Shown here: piece after piece, positions 34,311-49,690 of the stretch
Layout of the letters: every line of letters begins with the position of its first letter
Position numbering within the stretch: position 1 is the first letter of the stretch
Assembly (NCBI RefSeq): GCF_009914755.1
Contig: NC_060939.1
Reading direction: 5' to 3' (one strand)
Length of the DNA stretch: 64,000 nucleotides
Source: the human T2T-CHM13v2.0 reference genome, Homo sapiens
Position numbers and translations under genes: made by a program
Notes under the pieces: generated by a model
Seen by the model: only the letters and a program-made list of their open reading frames with translations
Databases searched by the model: none
Told to the model about the DNA's origin: nothing

Positions 34311-35554
34311 GGAGCGAATGGGGTAGATGGCAGAACAAGATTCTGCCATTCCTGGGACCTGATTATAAATCCAGTAAATAGTGCCAATACCCCATCCCAG
34401 TACTATACAGGGAGGTAATCCAGGAAACCTGCACACCCACTGATAGGGTTTTTCCCAGAATACTGCTGTTCGCCCAATGTTCGTTCATCAAGGGCCTCTG
34501 CCTGGGCTTCGTCTATTCCCTGATGTCCTCTATTCCCTGATGTCTCCCACATAAAGCAGACTGATCTACTTGCATCCCATCTGGAAGTTCATTAATTAAA
34601 AACACACTGGGAACACCCCAACTCCTTTGTGAAATTTTCTTGGAAACATTCACTTTGTTGTCATCCCTTCTCCTACCTCCTGCTCTGCTCCTGTGGTTTG
34701 GATGTGTTTGCCTTGTCTGAATGCAATTCCAGGTCTGGATTCCCCCACAAGCTTTTAGATAGTGAACTTTGGTGTCTAGCTTGACTCTTTCTAGGATTGT
34801 AGCTTACACTTATCATCTGGCTCACCCTCTCCAGGCTGCTATGGGTAAAAATCCAGAGCTGACTGAATTTGGAGCTCTTGGTTCTCACACCAACCTTGAC
34901 TGGTTGGCTGATAAGTGTCTTGTTCACACAGAATAAGTGAACCAGATCTTCAAAACAGACCTACAACCTATTAGCCTGGAACTGCACCAAATTCTGGCCA
35001 ATGTGAACTTGGCACCATCTCCCCTATTCCCACTACTGCTGACACTCTCCCTCCCATGTATCAATCACGTAGAACCACAATTCTCCTCTCTCTCGTGACT
35101 CACAGATTCATCCTCTAGGTATATTTCTGTCCCTTTGCCTCATTCCTATAGTGTATCACTTTTGATATTGAGGCTGGTCCAAATCTATCCCCCTTAGATG
35201 GTCTGCTTATTGCTCTTCTCAGGGTCAACTCTGTAGTTACATAAGTTTACTTGGACTAGATGTTATCAAATTTCGTCCCTTGTCCCACCTTTCTATGCTG
35301 CTGAGATCTGATAGGCCTTATTCCTGTGCCAGCTTGAGTTCAACCAATGGCTAAGGATGGCTCAATGACAAAGCTATCCTGAGCTTTACCAAGCCACAGT
35401 AGGGAGGATTCTCAGAATCCCAAGATTTAATATTGCATGTTTTGTATTTTCAATTCCTAGAGGACTGGGTTCTTGGCAGTTTTTCTCTTCATAGTACTTA
35501 GCACAGTGTCAAAAACATTTGAGAAGTAGACAAATGGGATTTTTTAAGGATGAG

Positions 35555-36070
35555 TCTGTTGGGCAGTACCCTCTTTGTGGTGGCTAGAAATAACTTAAAC
35601 AACAAAGAAATCCAGGGGTAGGATTAGCCTTGGAGGCTCCTGGCAATTCAGACAGTGCTATCAGGGTTCTCTCATTCTCAGTTTGTACTGGGTTTGGGGC
35701 TTGTTTGTTGGTACCATCCACAGGCTTCCTCCATTTGGCAAGAGGAGGGGATCATGGCCAAAGTCATGCTTATACTATTCTAGAATAGGAAGCCCAGGAG
35801 AAAGTGGGAGCTTGTCTCACTTAGTCTCTACATGAAATTCAGAGAAGAATCCTGACCAACTGGGCATGAGATAATTCCTAAGCCAATCATCATGGCCAAG
35901 GGTCATGTGTACTAAGATTAGCCAGGCAAGGGTCATATGTCTTTTCCTATAGCCAAAGGGATAGCTTTTGTAATTAGCATCCTCTTTAGGACCTAACGGA
36001 CTTGGGCATGGGCATTTGTCCAAGGAAAGGAATGCAAGTCAGACGAAAATAACAGATGGTCACTATAGCA
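35555..36070. mobile_element. MLT1-type (K/L-like) LTR
   Basis: CTTAAACAACAAAG.., CCTAAGCCAATCATCATGGCCAAGGG..GATTAGCCAGGC..GGGTCATATG. Confidence 0.55.
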
Positions 36071-36087
36071 GGTTGCCCTGGGTTCAG

Positions 36088-36090
<3 letters not shown>

Positions 36091-36136
<46 letters not shown>
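36091..36136. repeat. Perfect (TG)23 microsatellite
   Basis: Direct count. Confidence 0.98.
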
Positions 36137-36139
<3 letters not shown>

Positions 36140-37408
36140 TTCTCAATCCATTGTTCAGAACTGCATGAATTTCTTCAGCTGAATGTCTTTCTCACTCAGC
36201 AGGGACACCAGAGCTCACTCCTGTTTGCAGCCTTCATTCTGAACCAGTGGCTTTCATTATAGATCACATTTCCATCTACTCCCACATACCTTGAAAGATA
36301 TTACCTTCCAAGTTCATCATTCATTCTCCCCCCTTGGACCTTATCTTACTTTTCAGTCTTGATCCTCACAATTTTCTACTTTACCATGATCTTGTGTCCT
36401 CTTCAGCCACAATTCTGGCTGGCTCTGTTCAACACTTCCCCAGCTCTGACTCAGCCCTTGAATCTCCCATGGACCTACCTACATTAGTACCATCATCTAT
36501 GGATGGTATCTCAGGGAGGTTTGCAGTGACTCACACTTTCATAGGGCCGTAAGTTCTGCCATTCTTTGACTAGATATTTATAATATTAAGGAATTTCCAG
36601 ATCCTTATTTGCACTTGAAGAGACTTGAATGATGCCTAAACTGTCCTATTCTCTTTTTTTCTCATCCAATCCCCCAATTGCTTTAAGCCACATGTCCAGA
36701 CATAGCTTCCCCTCTTTTGTTGGTTTAACTGCTTTTTGTTGTCTTTAGCTTTGTGGTTCTACTAAGGAGGAATCTAGCCTTTTCTTTCTTCTCCACAATT
36801 GTCTCTTTGTCTCCTACTGTCAAACAAATACTTTTTTTTCTTAAAAAATGTCATTAGTTGCCAAACATGTAGTTGTTTCTTCTGATATTAACTTTTGTTA
36901 CTATAGATGTGACATCCTTCTTCCCTTCTCTCCTTTTTTTCCCTCCATGAACACATTTCTTAGGAGTCATGTGAGTACTCTCATCAGGCTGTTGGTGAGG
37001 GTATGAGGATAAAGATGATACATGCGAACAACAGGAAGCCACAGCAACTTCAAAGGCTGAGATAACCATTGTCATCAGGTTGGACTCATTTGGCAAGTGT
37101 CACCATATCTGTCATAAAGGCCAGGTATTTTAATGGATACAAATGTGTGTATAGGACAAAAGAACATTGAGTATAGCCTGTTACTGAGCTAGCTTAGCCT
37201 CAGTCTGGGCCAAACTGGCAAGTAAAGTCTATCTTCAGTGTCACAGAAGGTATAGTGCTTATGCTGAGGAGCCAGGTTTTTCATATTATAAAGGCATTTT
37301 TGTGCAATGCTTAAAAACTTAAATTCTGTGGTGAGTAAAAATGGATTCATATCCCACTCCTGTTATTTACCAGCCATATAATCATGGGAAAATCATTTAA
37401 GAATTTCA

Positions 37409-37950
<542 letters not shown>

Positions 37951-38079
37951 GATAGATAAGTTTATACTACATTACCTCACATGAAATATAGAAATCTTGT
38001 AACAGTATAGTTCCATTTATCCCCCATTCTTTGTGCTATTGCTGTAACATATAAAATAGCTACACAAACCATAAATTCT

Positions 38080-38415
38080 ATAACATTGGGTTGTGGTCTT
38101 TCTGCTCCTTAGCTCAGCTAGGTCTGAGTTCTTGTCTCACAACCAGGAAGAATTAGGTGCATGGACACTGGAGAGTGAGTGGAGTAAAATTTATTAAGTG
38201 AAAGAAAAACTCAGCAGAGAAGGGACACAGTGGGTGTTTCCCCTACTCGAAGATGGGGAAGTTCCCTCTCGTGTGACTGGTCCAGGGCCTTTCATGGACT
38301 CAGAATGGGGAGTGCATGCTAGTTGTTTTGTGAGTATGCAAAAAAGTTTAAAGTAAAGAAAGCACTCAAAGGTGGACAAGACACTGTAGAAAACCAATTA
38401 GGAAAAGGTAGGTAT
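38080..38415 (-). mobile_element. ERV1 LTR fragment (MER61-like)
   Basis: GCTCCTTAGCTCAGCTAGGTCTGAGTTCTTGTCTCACAACCAGGAAGAATTAGG...AATTTATTAAGTGAAAG. Confidence 0.65.
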
Positions 38416-39179
38416 AATAGCAGTTTTAGAGTCTTGTCTGCTAATTTCAACATCTGAAAAATCTCTGGGTTATTTTCTGTTGAACACCCTTTTTTTTTTA
38501 ACTGGGTCTCATTTTTTGTTTCTTCATCTGTCTAGCAATTTTTTTAAACTTAATTCTGGGCTTTGTGGTAATATATTGTCTTACAATGAAGAGTACTGAC
38601 TCAAACTCCAAACTCTGTCTTTCCTGTAGTGAAAATAAGCTGAGATTCCACCTCAGTTCTTTAAGCTTCCATATGCTGTTTTTGCGGGGGTCCTGGAATC
38701 TCCCTTGAACGTCCACAGTTCAATGACTAGTCAATAGTTAGAGGACTTTATCTTCATATTTTGAGAGGTTCAACCCTTCTGCAGCTCCCTCCTTTCAGGT
38801 ATTTCTCCTTTAATTTTCAAGCCACTCTGACTCTGCCTGCACAAAACTTTGTCCTCTGATACCTCAATTCAGCAAGTCTGTGGCTTTCTGTAGCCCTGCC
38901 TCATGTGGAATGCAGGTGCCCTCAGGCAAAAAGTTACAAAGATGCACACATTATTACATATAATTCCTGTCATTCAAGGGTCAAAAATGCCTTACAGTTT
39001 CCTTCTATACTTGGTTGTTCTCCAGTATTTTCAAATTGTTTTAAAAACATTTTGTCCACATTTAAAACTGCTATCTGTAGGAGGGATAATTCAACCAAGT
39101 TTTCTACTAGTATCAAAAGCAATAATACAGTTTTGAACATGTTAGACTTGACATATTTACTAAACATTCTTGTTAAAAC

Positions 39180-39650
39180 ACAGAGTAGGCAGTCACAATA
39201 TACAAGTATGGAGTTCAGGGTAGAGATCTGAGCTGGAGCTATACATTTGGTAGGGATCAATTTATAGATGCTATCTAAAGTTATAACACTGGGGAAGATC
39301 ACCAAAAAAGTGAGTATAGATAAAGAAGAGAAGAAACGCAAGGACTGAGACTTGAGCATCTTCAAAGTTTAGAAGGCTTCAAGAAGAGTTGACAAAGTAG
39401 ACTGAGATGGAGTGGCAAATGAGGTAAAAGAAAAACCACGCGATTGTGGCATCCTGGATTCCAAGTGGAAAAAGTTTTAATAGAAGAAGGAAGTGATCAA
39501 TTTATCAAATTCTGCTGATAGGACAAGTAAGATGAGAACTAAAATTGATTATTGGATTTAGCAATGTAGAGGTCATTGATGACCTTGGTAAGAGCAGTTT
39601 TAGTAGAGTGCTGGGGGTAAAAGCCTGACTAGAGCGAATCATAAAAGCAA
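39180..39650 (-). mobile_element. L2 fragment
   Basis: GGAGTTCAGGGTAGAGATCTGAGCTGGAG; TTGGATTTAGCAATGTAGAGGTCATTGATGACCTTG. Confidence 0.85.
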
Positions 39651-39739
39651 TTGCCAACTTCATGGAATTATTGTGAGGATTTATATGACAAATCACAAAT
39701 TATGTTAATATATAAAGAGCTCATAAAATTAATGAGGAA

Positions 39740-41060
<1,321 letters not shown>

Positions 41061-41499
41061 TTAAGTATAATGTAGACAAGAAAAGTGCACGTAAGTGTAC
41101 CGTTTGATAAATTTTCACACACCGATGTAACTAACATAGAAACATTACCAGTGCCCCTGAAACCCTTCTCCCTCCCATTCCAATATTACTGCCCCAAAGG
41201 GATTATCTTTTCATTTTAATGGAATATTTAGATATATTTCTTTCAATGCCTAGACCTAATCATTATCTGTATTATTCCTCAAAACTGGACAAAGGGCAGA
41301 ATGTTTTTAATTCTCTATCTCTTCTTCATCTCCCATAAAATATTATCTGAGAATTCAATTCTCTATTGCTACTACTTTTAAAACATTAAGAACAGCTTGT
41401 TTAGATTAAGCATTTTCCTGGCTCACCTGCTTCTTATATCTCCTGTCTTTTTATAGGCGTCTGTAGTCATGTTTGATATTCTTTTCAGTTGTCCTCTTT

Positions 41500-41746
41500 C
41501 TCATCCCCCTTTCTATCGTCTGGAAATTTTCTACCTCATAATCTAAACCGTGCTTACCATGAGAGAATTTGGAAGTAACAGAGATTTGCTTTCCCCGGCT
41601 GCCTTGCAGCGTGGGCCAGGTCTGCCAGTCAGATACACTCTCCCTAAGGAAGCCAAAATCTGTCTTGATGATGGGAGATGCCAGAGCTGGCAGCTGCTTC
41701 TGGTCTCCAGAGGCAACAGGGGTGGTTGTTCTAGTGGGAGTAGCCA
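41500..41746. mobile_element. ERVL LTR fragment (LTR16/LTR33-like)
   Basis: TTTCCCCGGCTGCCTTGCAGC..GGTCTGCCAGTCAGATACAC motif. Confidence 0.45.
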
Positions 41747-41892
41747 CGCAATATGTTTCTGAGATATTTCCATGGTTATGTGTTCAGAACTTGCATCCAT
41801 AGTCCATTTTACTGCTTTAGAAAATTTCCATTGTATAAATACAGTGTAATTCATTTTTCCATTTTGCTACTTAGGAACATTTCAGTCGTTTC

Positions 41893-42066
41893 TTTTTTTT
41901 TTTTTTTTTTGAGACGAAGTCTCACTCCGTCACCCAGGCTGGAGTGCAGTGGCACAATCTCAGCTCACTGCAAACTCCGTCTCCTGGGTTTAAGCAATTC
42001 TCTGCCTCAGCCTCCTGAGTAGTTGAGATTACAGGCGTGTGCCACCATGCCCAACTAATTTTTGTA
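41893..42066 (-). mobile_element. Alu right arm only (5'-truncated)
   Basis: Poly(T) plus right monomer ending at the linker AATTTTTGTA. Confidence 0.92.
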
Positions 42067-42635
42067 GGTTTTGTTTTTTAATTACAAAAAGAATGCGACT
42101 TCCAACAAACTTCAAACACATTTCTTGGTGCACATGGGCAAGGGATTCTCTCTTGCACACTAAATATTCATACCCTATCCCATCCCAGAAAACTAAATCA
42201 TAAGATATAGGAGTGCAGTCATAAAACTGATAAAAATTAGATTATCCATATAAGATACATATCTGACATCATCATCATCATCATTAGAATTCTAGACTAA
42301 TCCACTGAAATCTAGTTCCCCTGCCACCACTGATCTTGTAGTAGGGAGGGAATATGTATCCTGTATCAATTTCAGCAGTGTCTATTCTCATCTCTTTTGG
42401 AGAATCTGAGAGATTTCTGGTATTATCCTCTTGACCAGTCTTCTCCAGTGACCTGCCCTGGAAAGAACCTAATGCCCTTTTGCACACTCAAGAATTAATA
42501 CAGCACTGTGAGTTGCCTTTGCTCAACATAAAAGGCATTTGAACAGGATGTAAATAATGCTTTAGCACAAATAGAGAAGTTTCTAGTAGTTGAATTTTAT
42601 GACTCATTGTCTGAAATAGTTGAAGGGATGGTGGG

Positions 42636-42762
42636 TTTTCTTCCTTCCTTCCTTCCTTCCATGCTTCCTTCCTTCCTTCCTTCCTTCCTTCTCTTCCCTC
42701 CCCTCCCCTCCCTTCCCTTCCCTTTTCTTCCTTCCTTTCCTTCCTTTCTTCCCTCCCTCCTT
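42636..42762. repeat. (CCTT)n / pyrimidine-rich simple repeat
   Basis: Direct inspection. Confidence 0.95.
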
Positions 42763-43289
42763 CATAAATGATACCATCTATGCAGCCACCTTCTACAGAT
42801 CAGGCATGCATTCCCTGAGAGCATTCTGAAAAAATGGATGCTTTGGGCTCATTTGCATTTCTAATGGAAAAGAGGCAAGACATTCCAGGAGCTGAATCCT
42901 AGCACACTTTGGGCTTGGGAAAGTGCTTCAGGCAATAGTATTTTTTTCAATTCTGTATTGGGAAAAACCTAAAATGTACTTAGCCAAACACCCTGAGCCC
43001 TGAGGCACTTGAAGCAAAATGTAATCCATATGTTTCTGATTCATTTCACTCACCTCAAAGGCTTTCAGAGTGGGGTTTCACTGCTAAGAAGTTTTCAAAC
43101 TGTTCAACTTTTCCCTTTCACCACAACAAAAAGAATTCATCTATTGAACCCATTTCCCAAAAGATAGTAACATACAGGCTTAGTATTTAGTATTCTAATT
43201 TCTAGGATCCCACATGCAACTGAATATACTCTGCATCCTTAAAAATCTGTCTTTTTTTGTGGTTTAAAATAGAAGCACCATAACATTTT

Positions 43290-43593
43290 ATTATTATTAT
43301 CATTATTATTTTTTTTTTATTGAGACAGAGTCTCACTCTGTCACCCAGGCTGGAATGCAGTGGGATGATCTTGGCTCACTGCAACCTCCGCCTCCTGGGT
43401 TCAAGCCTCAGCCTCCTGGGTAGCTGGGATTACAGGCATGCACCACCACGCCCAGCTAATTTTTGTATTTTTAGTAGAGATGGGGTTTCATCATGTTGTC
43501 CACGCTAGTCTCAAACTCCTGACCTCAAAGGATCCTGCCCACCTCGGCCTCCCGACGTGCTGGGATTACAGGTGTGAGCCACTGCACCCGGCC
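43290..43593 (-). mobile_element. AluS with a small internal deletion
   Basis: TTCAAGCCTCAGCC (missing CGATTCTCCTG); TSD CACCATAACAT(T/C)TTA. Confidence 0.95.
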
Positions 43594-44393
43594 CACCATA
43601 ACATCTTAATAACAAGCTGCAAAAAGGGAGAGGAAATGTTATGCTAAGGAATGATTTTGTTTTAAAGATACAGAGGTTCTCAAGGTTAGAAGGGAGCTGA
43701 AATTCCATAATTTAATTTGGTCCAATTTCCAACTCACTTATATGATGTTGATTATACTTAATATTTTTCTCTTATATGCAAAATATTTCTTTTCTTTTTT
43801 CCTCCCTCCTTTCCTCCATCGCCCCCTCCTTCCTTTGACACAAAAATTTTGCAATTATACATTCTAGGCAGAAAACATTTTGGTTTCTTATTAGAGCATT
43901 TTACAGATAATCTGATCTCTTGTTTGTTCCTCTTAATTGGAAAAGGTAGTCTCTGTACACATAAGGAGTAAAGTCTAAGGGGGTGTACAGAGCAGAGCAG
44001 ATCCCCAAAATATGTTAGCTGTTCAGGGAAGTGAACAGAAATAGCACAGAGGATAAGCAAGAAGGCCCAGGATGGGACTTGAATTTAAGGAGGAATCTGG
44101 TAAATATATTTAGAGAATCCAAACTCCGTGCATGAGATTGCTGAGTGCTAATCCCAGGGCAGAAACTGCTTGCTTTCTGGCCCATTTTATATAATCTGCT
44201 ACATATATTTTATAAAAACTCTTTATATTTGCCATTTCTTTTAATAAAGAATAGCCAGGAGAGAGTGTTCAACTGTCTACTCTTCCATCTGCATGCACAG
44301 TTAGAACATTTTGATTAAACTGCCTAGTCATTTCACACAGTGAGACATTTTTCGTCAGATAACTAAACTAGTTAATTCTGTCAGCATGCTTGA

Positions 44394-44715
<322 letters not shown>

Positions 44716-45062
44716 CTGAATTGAATTTCAACTGAATTCGAGCCTGACAAGTTAATCGAACTAGTTATAGCTTAAGTAAAATTATTCTAGTGAGCACTGT
44801 CCTTGAATTTTTTTGAATTGACAAAATTTATATTACTGACCTGAATTTTCAAGTTGCTCAGGTCTAATACTTTTCCATTCTATCTAGAGCCCTTATGACA
44901 TATGGTAAATGAAATGCAATTTTCCCCAGTAGCTTATTAAAAAAAAGACTAAAAATAGCTTTTACTTCACCTGCAAAACTTTGCTATCCAGATTTTCCAT
45001 TATGAAGAGGAAACTAGTCAATAAAGAATAGGACAAAAAAGCTGTGGAGAGGAAAAAGTTAA

Positions 45063-45437
<375 letters not shown>

Positions 45438-46424
45438 TGATCCATTTCCAGTGTCTGTAGTTTACGGGAAGGCAGCCTTGGGAGGAAAGTGTCCCCTTCC
45501 CAGGTTCCCTGTTCTAACCCCGAAGAATGTATGGCACTTATGTAGCGTTTCCAGTGTTTCATACTGGAATAGTGTTTATAGACATACATACTGTTTTCTG
45601 CATGACATTCTCTTGTCTTATTATGCAAAATATATATATTTAGTTTAAAACTAGTTGACTAGGGTTATATAGAAATGCTTTGAAATATTCCTGAAAAATT
45701 ACTCCATTTACAAAATCATATTCATGGGTTGCTAGATGTTAACTTAATGGGAAGCTGCTCTTTTTCTCCTATGTAGCCAAATTTAGGATCTGACTAAATT
45801 TTACACCACTTTTTTCAGTTAGTACCCAATTCCCTTTCTATTCTACACCCATCCCAATACATTTAGTTTCATAAAAATATTTAGGTTCTCACTGAGGAAT
45901 TCCAGGCCCTGGGGTACATTTCTAGAACTATCTGCCCCTACAAGACCTTGCCCAGCCACACTGGTGGATTCTCTGTTCTGGGCATGAGTGTATCAGCCTC
46001 TGCGTTTCTCACCCCTCACCCATTGCTGAGGTTGTCTCCTCCATTTGGCCTCTCCTTCCTCTCCCCTTTACTTATATGACTTATCCATCTTTGAGACCTT
46101 CATGTTCTACTTCATCAAGATGGAAGCTTTTTCTTGTCTATTGGATCCACAAATTTCTCCCTTTCCTGAAATAGATCAGCACCTTTCCTTTTGTGCCCCT
46201 CATCTGGTAATGACGTGCTATCCATTATTACTAGACATGATTACATACATTTTGAATCTTTACCCTTTTCTTCCAACTAGATTGAAGTTCATTGAAGAAA
46301 GAATAAGTGCCGTATGTTTTGGATAAATACATGGTAACAAACTCAAGTTTTTTTTTAACATCATTATCACCAACATCACCATTATCATCATCACCATCAT
46401 GTATTATTAATAATACCTTACATT

Positions 46425-48481
46425 TGTTTTAACTTTTGTTTTAGGTCGGGGGGTAACATGTGAAGGTTATATAGGTAAATTGCATGTCAAGAGAGTGTGT
46501 TATACAGATTATCTTGTTACCCAGGTGCTAAGACTAGTACCCAATAGTTATTTTTTCTGCTCCCCTCCCTCCTCCCATTCTCCCCCATCAAGTAAGCCCC
46601 GGTGTCTGTAGTTCCCTTCTTTGTGTTCATGAGTTCTCATCATTTAACTCCCATTTATAAGTGAGAACATGCAGTATTTGGTTTTGTTTCTGTGTTAGTT
46701 TGCTAAGGATAATAGCCTCCAGCTCCATTCATGTTCCTTCAAAAGAATACGATCCCATTCTTTTTCATGGCTGTATCGTATTCCGTGGTGTATATTTACC
46801 ACATTTTTTAAAAAATCCAATCTGTCACTGATTGGTATTTAGGTTGATACCATGTATTTACTATTGTGAATAGTGCTGCAGTGAACATTTACATTCATGT
46901 GTCTTTATGGTAGAATGCTTTCTATTCCTTTGGGTATATATCCAATAATGGGATTGCTGAATGGTAGTTCTGTTTTTAGCTCTTTGAGAAATTGCCATAC
47001 TGCTTTCCACAGTGGTTGAACTAATTTGCACTCTCACCAACAGTATATATGTGTTCCCTTTTCTCTACAACCTCACCAGCATCAATTATTTTTTGACTTT
47101 TTAATAGCCATTCTGACAGGTGTGAGATGGTATCTCATTGTGGTTTTGATTTGCATTTCTCTCAGATCAGTGATGTTGAACTTCTTCCATATGCTTGTTG
47201 GCTGTATGTATGTCTTCTTCAGAAAAGTGTCGGCTCATGTCTTTTGCTCACTTTTTAATGGGGTCATTTTTTTCTTGTACATTTGTTTAAGTTCCTTAAA
47301 GATGCTGGATATTAGACCTTTGACAGATGCATAGCTTGAAAATATTTTCTCCCATTCTGAAGGCTGTTTACTCTGTTGATACTTTCTTTTGTTGTGCAGA
47401 AGCTCTTTAGTTTAACTGGATCCCATTCGTCAATTTTTGCTTTTGTTGTGATTGTGTTGTGATTGCTTTTGGCATGTTTGTCATAAAATCTTTGCCTGTT
47501 CCTATGTCCAGGATGTTATTGCCTACGTTGTCTTCCAGGGTTTTCATACTTGTGGATTTTATATGTAAGTCTTTAATCCATCATGAGTTGATTTTTGTAT
47601 ATGGTATAAGAAAGGTGTCCAGTTTCAATCTTCTGCATGTGGCTAGCCAGTTATCCCAGTACCATTTATTGAATAGGGAATCCTTTCTCCATTGCTTGTT
47701 TTTGTCAGCTTTGTTAAGATCAGATGGTTGTAGGTGTGTGGCCTTATTTCTTGGCTCTCTATTCTGTTTCATTCATCTATGTGTCTGTTTTTGTACCAGT
47801 ATCATGCTGTTTTGGTTATTGTAGCATCGCATTATAGTCTGAAGTCAGGTAGCGTGATGCCTCCAGCTTTGCTCTTTTTGCTTAAGTTGCCTTGGCTATT
47901 TGGGCTCTTTTTTGTTTCCATATGAATTTTAAAATAATTTTTTCTATTTCTGTGAAGAATGTCATTGGTAGTTTGCTAGAAATAGCATTGAATCTATAAA
48001 TTACTTTGGGTAGTATGGGCATTTTAATGATATTGATTCTTCCTATCCGTGACCATGGGATGTTTTTCCTTTTGTTTGTGTCATCTCTATTTCTTTGAGC
48101 AGTATTTTGTAATTCTCATTGTAGAGATATTTTGCCACCCTGGTTAGCTGTATTCCTATTTTTTTTGTAGCAATTTTGAATGGGATTATATTCCTGATTT
48201 GGCTCTCAGCTTGGCTGTTGTTTGTATATAGGAATGCTAGTGAATTTGTACATTAAATTTTGGATCCTGAAACTTTGTTGAAGTTGTTTATCAGCTGAAG
48301 GAGCTTTTGGGCCAAGACGATGGGGTTTTCTAGAAATAGAATCATGTCACCTACAAACAGGAATAGTTTGACCTCTTCTCTTCCTATTTGGATACTCTTT
48401 ATTCTTTCTCTTGCCTGATTTCTGTGGGCAGGACTTATAATTCTATGTTGAACAGGAATGACGAGAGAGGTCATCCTTGTC
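46425..48481 (-). mobile_element. 5'-truncated L1PA13-16-type element (ORF2 3' half and 3' UTR) inserted in a MIR
   Basis: 3' UTR TAGTACCCAATAGTTATTTTTTCTG; ORF2 pieces IQIGREEVKLFLFVGDMILFLENP and [17 protein letters not shown]. Confidence 0.92.
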
Positions 48482-48819
48482 ATATAGTTTTCAATAGTGC
48501 CTTATATCTGAATGGTGATATACATATCATTATATTAGAACCATGTAAAATGAGTGTGCTACTCATTCTCACAATACAGTTTTGAAACAGTTATGACAAA
48601 ATTATGTCCATTTCACAGAGGAGGAAACAAAAACCTTGTGACTTATGCAATTTCATATTGTAAGTGTCAGAGACAGAATCAAAGACTAATTTTTTGGGGG
48701 GTGGGGGAAGGGATATTAAGATAAATCACAACTTATTTTGACTCCAAGATAAATTTGATAAAAGGAAGCTATTTTAAAATCACTAAATGAAGATGTACAC
48801 ACCTTCCTAGTTGAAAACT

Positions 48820-49050
48820 ATTATGCGCTAAGCATATGCTCTCCATTATCAAAGCATTTACCCATATGATACCATGTAATCCTCATAAACTTCCTAAGAA
48901 GTAAATATCACCCACTTTTACAGCCGAGGAAACTGAGGTTTATGAATTTTAACTCACCTGAAATCACACAACAGAAAGTGATAGTCTAGAGTAATCTTAG
49001 AGGGCCTGATTCCAAAACACACCCTCCTTCTATTACATTATGCTGCTTTG
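48820..49050 (-). mobile_element. MIR
   Basis: CCCACTTTTACAGCCGAGGAAACTGAGG core. Confidence 0.8.
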
Positions 49051-49277
49051 CTAGAACCCTAGAGCAAAAGGAAAAGGAAGAAAAAAACCTTATAACTGTG
49101 CAGACTATCTGCTCAGAGATAATACAGATATTCCTACATTGAAAAGTAGTTTCATAATCTATCTCAGTTACAGATTCATTGATGTATTTTTGTTTGTCAT
49201 GTTTTTCTCACTAATTTTAATCGATTTTGATACCTATTTGCTTTATACTATCTATGCTTTGAAAAGAATAGATTTGA

Positions 49278-49690
49278 GACTTCTGCTTTCAGCTACAATG
49301 GTGTAAAGATAAAGACAGAGTTAAAAATTCATCTTGTAAATCCTAGAGCAAGTGCTAAAATAAAAAAAAAAAGAACAAAGAGTTACAACTAATTAGCCAA
49401 TAGTGGAAACGAAATGGAATTATTAAACAACTCTATTAGTACAGAAGAATTAAGGAAAAGAAGAAAGGGACAAAGAACAAATGGGATAACTCAGAAACAA
49501 ACAATGAAATATTAGATTAAATCTAAACACATTACTAATTTTATTAAATGTAAATGCTCAAAATACTCCAGCTGAAAGACAGAGTTTGTCAGACTGGATA
49601 AAAAAGCAATTATATGTGGTCTAAAGAAATGTAATTAAATATAAAGATACAGTTTAAAAGTAAAAAATGAAAATGATATGAGGAAATTAT
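49278..49690 (+). mobile_element. Old L1M fragments (inter-ORF region and ORF2 start)
   Basis: TTAAATGTAAATGCTCAAAATACTCCA..AAAGACAGAGTTTGTCAGACTGGATAAAAAAGCA. Confidence 0.7.

Noticed and set aside
35172-35181. GGCTGGTCCA resembling a Y RNA 5' end
   Set aside because: Only about 9 nt match with no downstream similarity
38970-39365. 131-aa minus-strand ORF
   Set aside because: Spans the junction of L2 and old L1 debris; no coding signature
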